Of a DNA stretch of 32,000 nucleotides, positions 16,970 to 25,393 are shown piece by piece. How positions within the stretch are numbered: the stretch's first letter is position 1; every line of letters starts with the position of its first letter. The DNA lies in assembly GCF_000007185.1 (NCBI RefSeq), contig NC_003551.1:695456-727455 (forward strand), written 5' to 3'. The notes under the pieces are model-generated. The model did no database searches, had not been told where the DNA came from, and saw only the letters and a list, made by a program, of their open reading frames with translations. A program made the position numbers and the translations under genes. This DNA comes from Methanopyrus kandleri AV19 (GTDB lineage: Archaea; JAADCQ01; Methanopyri; Methanopyrales; Methanopyraceae).

Positions 16970-18400
16970 CTAGATCGCCCCCATATCGCGCAGGACCTCT
17001 CGAGCAGGTTCCATTCCTTGGGCTCCTCCCAGTAGAATCACGGTGTCGTCGTCCGCCAAGTCCAGTGCGCGCTCCAAAGCGTCTTCTAACCGATCGTAGT
17101 GCTCGTAGTCGATGCCGGAGCGCTCCAGTTCCTCCAGGAACGCCCTCCGCTCCTCAGGCCGCACTACGTTAGCATCGTCCACGAGGCCCTCTGATGAGGT
17201 CGCGATCACGTGGACGTGGATTCCCTCGTCCTGTAGATCCTTCGCGCCTTCAGCCAGCGCCCGAGCGATTTGACGGTTAATGTCGACGCCACGCGACCCG
17301 CGGATCGCGAACACAACAATCACCTTGGAGCGACCCAACCGTCGCAGGGCGCGAACAGTGGCGAGTACTCCGTCGGGATTGTGGCAGAAATCGTCGTAAA
17401 TCAGCGGGTCGTCGCACAGGCGTTCGAACCTCCGCTTCAAGGGTTGGTACGTCCTCAAGCCTTCGGCGATATCCTCCCGATCTATTCCTAGAGCTCCCGC
17501 GGCGGCTACGGCGGCCAACGCGTTGTACAGGAAGTGGTCCACCGGTAGGGGGAACTCCCGGACGGGTATTAGGGGTTCTTCGTCCAGTACTATCCACTCC
17601 TCCCCGTCGCGTTCCTCAATGTGGGAGTATCCTTCGTCCCATCCGTACCATACCGTCTCCACACCTTCCCTGGTCATCCGCCGTACGTACCGATCGTCAC
17701 GGTTGAGCACCGCGATACCTCCCTTTCGTAGGGCCCGCACGACACCGTATACAGCGTCAACCATCTCTTCCAGAGAGGAAACCAGGTTCGTGTGGTCCAC
17801 CCCGACGTTCGTCACGACCGCCAGCTCGCATTTGAGGGCCTTCGCCATCCGGTAGGCGTGGTCCTCCATTATTCGACCCGTAGGTAAGCCTTGTACCTCA
17901 GATACCTCCACGCACAGGTAATCTTCCGGCCGTTCCTCGCGCAACTCCATCGCGACCACGGGGTCTATGAGGGTGTTCTTCTCGGAACGGAAATCCGTGT
18001 TGCAGTAAGCATCGAAGCCGGCGGTATCGAGGATGTGGTGAAGCAAGTGATTCGTAGTCGACTTACCGTTAGTTCCCGTCACGCAGATCGCGGTAGCGTC
18101 AGGGGCGCACTTCTCACGGGCTACGCGCAGAGCGTACTCGTTCGCCCGATCCACCTCCGTCAGGATCAAGGGGATTCCGAGCTCGTCGCATCTCTCGATC
18201 AGCTTGCCGCGCGGGTGTTCAGTCACCAGACATGCCACGCCTCTCTCCGACGCGATCTCGGCACCTTTATCGTCCAACCACCATCGGATCACTACATCTC
18301 CTTCTTTCGCCCTTCCTAACGTGGAGAACCATCCGGCGATCATACTATCCGGGTCGCCTGAGCGTATTTCCCCTTCCACATTCTCAGCCAGCTCCCTCAC
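16970..18400 (-). CDS. Mur-ligase-family protein, pseudomurein-type peptide ligase candidate
   Basis: AICVTGTNGKSTTNHLLHHIL P-loop; VVTNVGVDHTNLV; DRYVRRMT; YDDFCHNPDGVLATVRAL; HVIATSSEG. Confidence 0.85.
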   Translation of the reverse strand: MRELAENVEGEIRSGDPDSMIAGWFSTLGRAKEGDVVIRWWLDDKGAEIASERGVACLVTEHPRGKLIERCDELGIPLILTEVDRANEYALRVAREKCAPDATAICVTGTNGKSTTNHLLHHILDTAGFDAYCNTDFRSEKNTLIDPVVAMELREERPEDYLCVEVSEVQGLPTGRIMEDHAYRMAKALKCELAVVTNVGVDHTNLVSSLEEMVDAVYGVVRALRKGGIAVLNRDDRYVRRMTREGVETVWYGWDEGYSHIEERDGEEWIVLDEEPLIPVREFPLPVDHFLYNALAAVAAAGALGIDREDIAEGLRTYQPLKRRFERLCDDPLIYDDFCHNPDGVLATVRALRRLGRSKVIVVFAIRGSRGVDINRQIARALAEGAKDLQDEGIHVHVIATSSEGLVDDANVVRPEERRAFLEELERSGIDYEHYDRLEDALERALDLADDDTVILLGGAQGMEPAREVLRDMGAI

Positions 18401-18421
18401 CGTGAGCTTCAGCAGCGCCCC

Positions 18422-19492
18422 TCACCCCACGGAGATCCAGAGTGCCACGGCGGCGAACACCGCTCCGGCGGTCCAATGGAGCGCCACAACCACGGGTTCG
18501 GGTAGGTCGTACTTGTACTGGATATGGTGGTGGAGAGGTTCCACAGCCAACCGGATCACGCCGGCTCGGTGAAGCAAGCTGATGAGCGTGGACAGTACTG
18601 GGACTCCTAAGGCGATCATAGCAGGTATCTCGATCTTGTAATATAGTGCTCCTGCCGCGTAAGCCGCCCCTAAGAAGCAACTCCCCGTGTCTCCCATGAA
18701 GATCTTAGCCGGGTATCTGTTATGGAACAGGAAACCCAGGGACGCTCCGGCAAGTGATGCGAAGAAGGCAGCACCCGGAAGCTGGCCCTGTCCCAGGCAT
18801 ACGCCGGAGCAAGCCAGTGAGGCCAGGAACAGCAGCCCGGCGGCCAGACCGTCCATCCCGTCGATGAGGTTCACGGCGTTGGTAGCGCCGACAATTCCGA
18901 ACACCGCGACCGGATAGAAAAGGTACGAGAGGTTCCAAACGCCGACCTTGGGTATCCAGAGCCATGTGGCGGGGACGATAGGAAGAACGAAGAGGGCGGC
19001 GCCAGTCTGTAGTGCGAGTTTCTCACGTTCACTCAATTCTTTCTTGATAGGCACCTCACCGACGATCTCGATGGCATCCGGGTCCTCTTCGAGTATCCTC
19101 TTCAGATCACGTTTCGCTTTCTCCGTGGCTACACGTGCCTCCTCGCCCGGTTGTAGTATGAGTCTTCCCAGCTCGATCGGTCGATTCGAGACGTTCCGTA
19201 CGACCTTCTGGAACTCTTCCACCTGCAATCCGAGCAGGTCGTCCACTATTCCTAGCACCATCATGGGGAGCGCTGAAGCTATAGGAGGGAGCGCCTGGAT
19301 GGAAGCTAGGAGGGGGCCGGACGCCGTTCCCAGTAAGATCCCCAGACCTCCCATGATGGGCATGCCGGACTTATGCGCGTGTTCCGTTACGATCGGGCGG
19401 TCTACCACGTTAGCTTCCCGCATGTACTTGCGGAGTAATCCAACCGTTACGGCCGAGGTTACTGTGGAGAGTGTAAACGTCTCGATGATCAT
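18422..19492 (-). CDS. MraY-like phospho-sugar prenylphosphate transferase
   Basis: SGMPIMGGLGIL; LGIVDDLLGL; NAVNLIDGMDGLAAGL; AKIFMGDTGSCFLG; EPLHHHIQ (HHH motif). Confidence 0.92.
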   Translation of the reverse strand: MIIETFTLSTVTSAVTVGLLRKYMREANVVDRPIVTEHAHKSGMPIMGGLGILLGTASGPLLASIQALPPIASALPMMVLGIVDDLLGLQVEEFQKVVRNVSNRPIELGRLILQPGEEARVATEKAKRDLKRILEEDPDAIEIVGEVPIKKELSEREKLALQTGAALFVLPIVPATWLWIPKVGVWNLSYLFYPVAVFGIVGATNAVNLIDGMDGLAAGLLFLASLACSGVCLGQGQLPGAAFFASLAGASLGFLFHNRYPAKIFMGDTGSCFLGAAYAAGALYYKIEIPAMIALGVPVLSTLISLLHRAGVIRLAVEPLHHHIQYKYDLPEPVVVALHWTAGAVFAAVALWISVG

Positions 19493-19508
19493 CGTCCGCT
19501 CCCCACGG

Positions 19509-20648
19509 TCATAAGTACTCCTCGATTTCCCTCAGCCTCCGTCGATACTCACGTTCGGCCCGCTTCACGTCCGCTCCTGCAGCCTTGAGCGCTGAGCGGA
19601 GCCTCGTGAGGGCTTCTTTAAAAGAGTCCCCCCTCACGGTGACACGACCACCTACGTCGAAGCGTCCATAGTACTCGTAGAACACGTGGTACACTCCGCC
19701 GTCGAACATCTCACGCAGGGGATCCTTGTCCGTAGGGCGCCAAACGGGACACTCGATGGCGCACCATAATTTCCTTATCTTCGGTGGCCTCCATCGATCG
19801 GCCGCCATATCGACCAGCTCACGGAGCGGCCATATTCCCGTGCATCCGGACGTCATGTACCTGGTGCCGCTGGGTCTCGGGTTGAACTCGAGGAACCAGA
19901 ACTCGTTCTCCCGGACTACCACGTCGAAGTCCACGTTGCCCTCCAGTCCCAGATGTTCCACGACTCTTACCGCGCACCTTCTTATCTTGCGCTCCACGGA
20001 CGGGTCGATCGGGGCCGGGCTCATCCGCATACGATCGATCGGATGACGACGGTCCGCCGTGGATCCTTTGAACACCGGAACCAGCGGCACCACCTCACCG
20101 TCCCAGGATAGAACTTCGATCGAAACTTCCGCACCTTCGATGAACTCCTCTACCAGCTTACGTCCCGATACTCTCGGCTTGTGCGTCTCGTGGACCGTGA
20201 CTCCGAGCCCCGCCTGTGACCGTGGATCCTTCACGACTACCGGTGGACTGATCGATGGCCTTTCGTTCTCGACGACTTCCCATTCAGGCGTCGGTACGTT
20301 CAGTTCTTCGAAGGCGCGTTTCGTTCTCACTTTATCGATCCCGATTTCAACGCTCTCGCGATCAGACGCCACAACCCGGATACCTTCGGCTTCCAGCTCT
20401 TCTTTCATCTCCCCCACTGCCGGTAGCGGATCGTCTACACCGATGAGTGGTACTACACCGTCTACGTGCCGCTCGCGGGCGATTCTCGTGGGATGTTCCA
20501 TACCGCGCGGTACGAAGTGCACCTCATCCGCCAGCTCCCAGTCCCTGCTCCTCGGGTTCGACTCGGTGAGTATACGGTACACTCCCGTGGAGCCGGCGTA
20601 CTCCGCCACGTCCCGGAGTAGCCTCGCGCCGACGAAGAGTACCTTCAC
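19509..20648 (-). CDS. ATP-grasp family protein, CarB-like
   Basis: VPLIGVDDPLPAVG; DKVRTKRAFEELNVPTPEW; VVVKDPRSQAGLGV; LVEEFIEGAEVSIEVLSWDGEVV; FWFLEFNPRPSGTRYMTSGCTG. Confidence 0.85.
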   Translation of the reverse strand: MKVLFVGARLLRDVAEYAGSTGVYRILTESNPRSRDWELADEVHFVPRGMEHPTRIARERHVDGVVPLIGVDDPLPAVGEMKEELEAEGIRVVASDRESVEIGIDKVRTKRAFEELNVPTPEWEVVENERPSISPPVVVKDPRSQAGLGVTVHETHKPRVSGRKLVEEFIEGAEVSIEVLSWDGEVVPLVPVFKGSTADRRHPIDRMRMSPAPIDPSVERKIRRCAVRVVEHLGLEGNVDFDVVVRENEFWFLEFNPRPSGTRYMTSGCTGIWPLRELVDMAADRWRPPKIRKLWCAIECPVWRPTDKDPLREMFDGGVYHVFYEYYGRFDVGGRVTVRGDSFKEALTRLRSALKAAGADVKRAEREYRRRLREIEEYL

Positions 20649-22183
20649 CTTTCGTCCCCCAGCACTCGCTCGACTTCTTCAGAGATCTCTTCCCGGTACT
20701 TCAGCGGAGCCTCTCCGAACAACACTACCACTTCGCAGTCCGAGCGGAGCGCCTCCTTGAGACCGTCCAACACCTGCTCCCGAGAGGCACCCAGTGTACC
20801 CTTCTTCTCGAACGGCTTGGTGGCGCTCTCCGCTGCGATCACGTTGTCGGCGTCGACGCGGTCCATGACTTCGTACGCCGCGTACGATGCCACCACCACT
20901 AGGTCGGCGAGATCCGCAGCTCTTCTGAGTATCTCTTCGTCTCCTTCCGGTCCCAGCTCCGAAGCTACGGCGATTACCGCGCAGACGCGCCGCTCCCGGT
21001 AAGCCTCCTTCACGCATCTCAACGTCGCGTCCACGCCGGCGGGATTATGGCCGTAGTCTAAGATCACGACTCGCTCGCCGTCGTCCCAGAGTACTTCTAA
21101 CCTGCCCTCGACTCCTTCGAAGGACTGTAGCGCCTCTACCACGTCCTCCACATCAAGTCCCAAGAACTCGGAGCAGACGGCTATCGCCGCGAGGGCGTTG
21201 TAAGCGTTGTGGAGCCCCATCACGGGTAGTCGAACCTCGTACTCCCCATCGGGACAGATCAGTCGGAACCCGGACAAGTCAACGTCCGTAGCTAGGTAGT
21301 CCGGCTCGGGAGATCGCAGGCCACACTCCCGGCACTTGAAGGGACCGACCCAAGGGAGGATCTCATGGACTTCAACGTGTCCGCCGCACCAGCACTCTTT
21401 TTCCGAGGTATCGAACGGTTCCACGTCCAACCCGTAGTACACGATATCGCCGTTGAAATCCACCACCTCGGGGGCACCAACTACCAACGGGTCTTGAGCG
21501 TTCAGCACGGCTAGCTCGATGGTGTCCGGCTCCAACAGTTCGGCCTCACATCTGGCGTACGTCAGGAAATCGCCCGCCTCGTTCAGATGGTCCGGGGTGA
21601 TGTTGGTAACGCAGACGCACTCCACCTGGGATAACTCCGCGGCTTCCAGGATCTCCCCTCTCTTCCCGAAAGTTGCTATCTCTAAGACGCTGACGTCCCC
21701 TGGGAGACGCGCCTGAAGTGGGGGGAGTAATCCGACGTTCCCTTGCATGCCCGGCAAACCGTGGTGCGGGGCCTCGAGCCCGAGTTGCTCGCACACGTGC
21801 CTGATCATCGCCACAGTCGTGGTCTTCCCGTTGGTCCCACCGACTCCGATCACCGGTCGTGTGGGCGGTAACATGTCGAGGAGCTCCTTCACTTCCACGA
21901 TTTCGCAGCCGTGATCCTCGGCCAGTCGGTACGGCTTAGCATCGCGTGATAGGCTCGGAGGAGGTACCACAACTTCGGCTCGTTCGAAGATCTCGGGTGG
22001 GTGGCCTCCCAATACGAGCTCCACGTTACTGTATTCGAGAAGCGTCTCGGCGAACTCGCACTCATCCCGGAGATCCGACGCGATCACATCGTATCCGCGC
22101 TCCGCGAGGACCCGGGCCGCTAGATTGCATACGGGCCCACAGACCCCGATCACGAGAACGGTCGACCAGGGAAGTTCGGCCAA
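20645..22183 (-). CDS. Mur-ligase-family protein with Cys4 insertion, MurT-like
   Basis: VIGVGGTNGKTTTVAMI; VTNITPDHLN; CWCGGHVEVHEILPWVGPFKCRECGLRSPEPD; LGLDVEDVVEALQSFEGVEGRLEVL; VVILDYGHNPAGVDATLRCVKE. Confidence 0.85.
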   Translation of the reverse strand: MAELPWSTVLVIGVCGPVCNLAARVLAERGYDVIASDLRDECEFAETLLEYSNVELVLGGHPPEIFERAEVVVPPPSLSRDAKPYRLAEDHGCEIVEVKELLDMLPPTRPVIGVGGTNGKTTTVAMIRHVCEQLGLEAPHHGLPGMQGNVGLLPPLQARLPGDVSVLEIATFGKRGEILEAAELSQVECVCVTNITPDHLNEAGDFLTYARCEAELLEPDTIELAVLNAQDPLVVGAPEVVDFNGDIVYYGLDVEPFDTSEKECWCGGHVEVHEILPWVGPFKCRECGLRSPEPDYLATDVDLSGFRLICPDGEYEVRLPVMGLHNAYNALAAIAVCSEFLGLDVEDVVEALQSFEGVEGRLEVLWDDGERVVILDYGHNPAGVDATLRCVKEAYRERRVCAVIAVASELGPEGDEEILRRAADLADLVVVASYAAYEVMDRVDADNVIAAESATKPFEKKGTLGASREQVLDGLKEALRSDCEVVVLFGEAPLKYREEISEEVERVLGDER

Positions 22184-22235
22184 CCGCGCACCCCGCCGAG
22201 GGGCTGGGGACGCGGTGAGTTGAACCTGTCGGGGA

Positions 22236-23240
22236 TCACGGCCGCGCTCCCGGTATCGTTCGGCCGTACTCGGCCAGTATCGACCTCATGAGCTTTTTAA
22301 CGTCGCGAAGAAGGCGTTCGGCTTCCTCCCTGTCACCGGTCGCTAACCGTACGAACGCTTCGATATCGAGGTGTTCCACCCGGTCGTCGATCTTTCCGTA
22401 CTCCGACATTACGAAGTACAGTTGCGTGAACCTCTCCCTCCGCTCGACCCTGTTGAGGGTTCCGCGTACCAGCGACCTCAGGGCTTGACGTGCGTACATG
22501 AGCAGCCGGTACGTGAGGTCTCGGATGATTTCATCCTCATCTCTCGGTCCGTCCGGGATACCGTTTGGGAACGCTGCTTTCTCTTCCAACCCCAAGATAT
22601 CCAGCACGCGTTCCGGATCCTCCTCTGGGGTCTCCGTCTCCCGGAGGTACGCTAGGGCCTCTTGAGGTGTTGCCACACCTTCCAGCATGATGGTACATGC
22701 GCGACCTGTCAGAGGGTTGTACCCGACCTCCTCTATGAACCTGTGCACGCCGTACGGACGGATCGGACACGTGTACTCGGGATTGAACCAGCCCAGACTG
22801 CTCACGATATCGCGGATGTCTTCCCACGTCCACCGACGGAGTGCCGGGTACCGGACCACGGTGACTCCTGGAGGGTAGGGGTGGGTAGTGCGTCTCCCGA
22901 ACTTCCCGCGGAGCTCGTGACCGGTGAGGACTGTTGCGCATCCTAGTTCACGGGCGCGAAGGCACGCGGCGGTTAGGACGCTTCTACCACACTTCGTACA
23001 TATCGGGCGTCCTTCCTTCAGAGCCCGCGCGAACCATTCTCGAAGTCGTAGCTTGACCACCTCGTGATCCACGCCGACGTGTTCCGCGGCTTTCCGGGCG
23101 TTCTCTAAACATGTCTTATCGGTGAACTCGTGGACTACTGTTACGGCTACCTTAACATTCCACCTATCGGCGGCGTCTATCAGCGTGGCTACACTGTCCT
23201 TACCGCCGGAAAGTGCTATGCTGGAGGGAGGGCTAGTCAT
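22236..23240 (-). CDS. PP-loop ATPase (adenine nucleotide alpha-hydrolase superfamily)
   Basis: IALSGGKDSVATLIDA PP-loop motif; CTKCG; TVLTGHEL; TCPIRPYGVHRFIEEVG. Confidence 0.8.
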   Translation of the reverse strand: MTSPPSSIALSGGKDSVATLIDAADRWNVKVAVTVVHEFTDKTCLENARKAAEHVGVDHEVVKLRLREWFARALKEGRPICTKCGRSVLTAACLRARELGCATVLTGHELRGKFGRRTTHPYPPGVTVVRYPALRRWTWEDIRDIVSSLGWFNPEYTCPIRPYGVHRFIEEVGYNPLTGRACTIMLEGVATPQEALAYLRETETPEEDPERVLDILGLEEKAAFPNGIPDGPRDEDEIIRDLTYRLLMYARQALRSLVRGTLNRVERRERFTQLYFVMSEYGKIDDRVEHLDIEAFVRLATGDREEAERLLRDVKKLMRSILAEYGRTIPGARP

Positions 23241-24948
23241 GCGCGTACACAGCCCTTACCCCACCGCTGGAGACCTCTTCGAGTCGCACGAAGTACAGCC
23301 GTTCGAACTGGACGGTGCTGCCGGCCTGTTCGCGCTCGACGTTAATTTCGGCGTATCCACTCTCAACGCTACCGTCCGGGCGGACGACCTCGCACCGTAC
23401 TGCCTGGTCGGGCGGTACCCAGTGGACGATTTGAGCACCTTCCTCTTTCGCGATTCGGTAGTCGTCGCTGTGATACCTGCCTCGCAACCATCCGTCTCCG
23501 ACTTCCTCGATCTCGACGTTGACGGCGTTCATCAGCCGAACTACGTCGCCCTCCCACAGGTCTTCTGCGTCTTCACCGTCCAACAGTGCTCGGGCCACGC
23601 CGTTCTCAGGATGTAGAATTAAGACCCTCTCTCCCTCATCCCGATCGGGGTGTAGAGGCAGTCGGGCCAGGACCGACTCCTTCATCCCTTCGATCCGTAA
23701 TTCGACAGGATCACGGACGAAGAAGTACCGGTGAGACTCAGGGTCGATCATCTTACGGTTCCGAGCGTAAAGATGCTCCCAGCTGAACGTCGCGTCCACG
23801 TCGGTCAGGCCGATCTCGAGGATAGTCTCACGTATTGCTTCCGGCTTAATACCCCGGCGTCGGAGGGCGCGTAAGGTAGCCACTCGGACGTCGTCCCACC
23901 CTGTGTACTCTCCTGAATCGATTCCACGGCGGATCTCGGAAGTGCTTAGCACGGCACCTTCAACCTTCAGAATCCCGTAGTGAACGTATTCCGGAGTGTC
24001 CCACCCCAGATGCTCGAACACGTACTTCTGACGCCGTGTGTTGGACTCATGATCCTTCCCACGAAGTACGTGCGTGATGTTCATGAGATGGTCGTCCACA
24101 GCGACGGCGAAGTTCATCGTCGGCCACACAAGGTACCGAGAACCCGTCATCGGGTGCTCTTCTTCGACGATCCTGAACGCTATCCACTCCCTCACCGCGG
24201 GATCCGGGTGATCAACTTCGGTCTTGACACGTACGACGGCTTCTCCTTCTGAGAAAGTACCGTCCAACATCTCCTCCCAGAGCTCGAGGTTCTCCTCCTT
24301 ATCCCGAGAGCGGCACGGGCAGGCTCGCCCCACGTCGCGGAGTCTCCGGAACTCGTCTGGATCACAGGTACAAACGTACGCCCCTTCCCGCTCCAGCAGC
24401 TCCTCGCAAACCATGTAATACAGTTCTATCCTGTTAGACTGCACGTACCGTTCGTCGATGTTGACTCCGAGCCACTCCAGATCCTCTTCGATCATGTCGT
24501 AGGCCTCAGGGTCCACGCGACGCGGGTCGGTGTCTTCAATGCGGAGGACTAAGGTGCCGTCGTACCTTCTAGCGTATTCGTCGTTAAGTACTGCGGCACG
24601 GGCGTGACCTATGTGGAGGGGACCCGAAGGGTTCGGTGCGAACCGAAGGCGAACGTTCCCCGGTTCAGCTCCGGGAAGGGGTTTGAGCCCTTCTTTGTCC
24701 CGGGCTACGTCTTCGCGCGGTCCTCCGAGTTCTTCCAGCTCGCGTCTGATTTCCTCTCCGGACATCTTGTTAACTTCGCGGACCACCTCTCTGACGGTCT
24801 TCAGGACTTCTTTCGCCCTAGGACGTAGCTCTTCGTGTTCCTTCATGATCTTCTTCATCACCGCGTTGGGATTCGCCCTCCCACCGTATCGGGCCGCGTT
24901 CTCCAGAGCGTACCTGCGGACGAGATCTCGAAGTTCCTTCTCCTCCAC
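23233..24948 (-). CDS. gltX: Glutamyl-tRNA synthetase, archaeal type
   Basis: RFAPNPSGPLHIGHARAAVLNDEYARRYDGTLVLRIEDTDPRR; YLVWPTMNFAVAVDDHLMNITHVLRGKDH; VLSTSEIRRGIDSGEYTGWDD. Confidence 0.95.
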   Translation of the reverse strand: MEEKELRDLVRRYALENAARYGGRANPNAVMKKIMKEHEELRPRAKEVLKTVREVVREVNKMSGEEIRRELEELGGPREDVARDKEGLKPLPGAEPGNVRLRFAPNPSGPLHIGHARAAVLNDEYARRYDGTLVLRIEDTDPRRVDPEAYDMIEEDLEWLGVNIDERYVQSNRIELYYMVCEELLEREGAYVCTCDPDEFRRLRDVGRACPCRSRDKEENLELWEEMLDGTFSEGEAVVRVKTEVDHPDPAVREWIAFRIVEEEHPMTGSRYLVWPTMNFAVAVDDHLMNITHVLRGKDHESNTRRQKYVFEHLGWDTPEYVHYGILKVEGAVLSTSEIRRGIDSGEYTGWDDVRVATLRALRRRGIKPEAIRETILEIGLTDVDATFSWEHLYARNRKMIDPESHRYFFVRDPVELRIEGMKESVLARLPLHPDRDEGERVLILHPENGVARALLDGEDAEDLWEGDVVRLMNAVNVEIEEVGDGWLRGRYHSDDYRIAKEEGAQIVHWVPPDQAVRCEVVRPDGSVESGYAEINVEREQAGSTVQFERLYFVRLEEVSSGGVRAVYAHD

Positions 24949-25162
24949 GGTCCATTCTCCCCGAGATAATCAGTGAGGGGGTGTCCCCCGTCCTCCGGCC
25001 CCGGGATCATCGACAGGCGACGGCCTTCTCCCCCGGGGGACCCAGACGGGAGTCATCTTTTGCGAAGTCTGGCCCCGGACGCCGCCGACTCATTAGCCCC
25101 TTAATTACGTTCTCCCCGCTACGGAGAGGCGCAGTACCGGGCCCGACCCAGACCCGAAATTT

Positions 25163-25170
25163 CTATATAG
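25163..25170 (+). promoter_or_regulatory. Putative TATA box of the tRNA-Lys gene
   Basis: CTATATAG within AAATTTCTATATAGATC, about 35 nt upstream of mature tRNA G1, in an otherwise GC-rich region. Confidence 0.7.
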
Positions 25171-25197
25171 ATCCTCGAGGGTAGTTCGGTTCGGGTC

Positions 25198-25275
25198 GGG
25201 CCGGCAGCTCAGTCTGGCTAGAGCGCGGGACTTTTAATCCCGTGGTCCCGGGTTCAAATCCCGGCCGGCCCACCA
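25198..25275 (+). tRNA. tRNA-Lys(UUU), with encoded CCA and genomic C at position 8
   Basis: GGGCCGG/CCGGCCC acceptor stem; D arm GCTC..GAGC; anticodon arm CGGGA-CTTTTAA-TCCCG; T arm CCGGG-TTCAAAT-CCCGG; discriminator A plus CCA. Confidence 0.97.
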
Positions 25276-25393
25276 AAATGCTCAATTGTTATGAAGATCA
25301 TAACATTCGAACGGTTCGGGGTAAACCTTGTGTGGGTCGAGTTCAATCGTTACGATTTCCATAACAATTGGGTTGGAGGAAGGAGTTGACACA

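Noticed and set aside
20059-20760. Plus-strand 233-aa ORF opposite the ATP-grasp gene
   Set aside because: Low-complexity Ser/Thr/Arg-rich antisense translation of a well-supported coding gene, typical of a shadow ORF.
24971-25016. Possible C/D-box sRNA on the minus strand (CGATGA...CTGA)
   Set aside because: The C box has a mismatch, internal C'/D' boxes are missing and the region is dominated by GC hairpins, so it is not supportable without RNA data.
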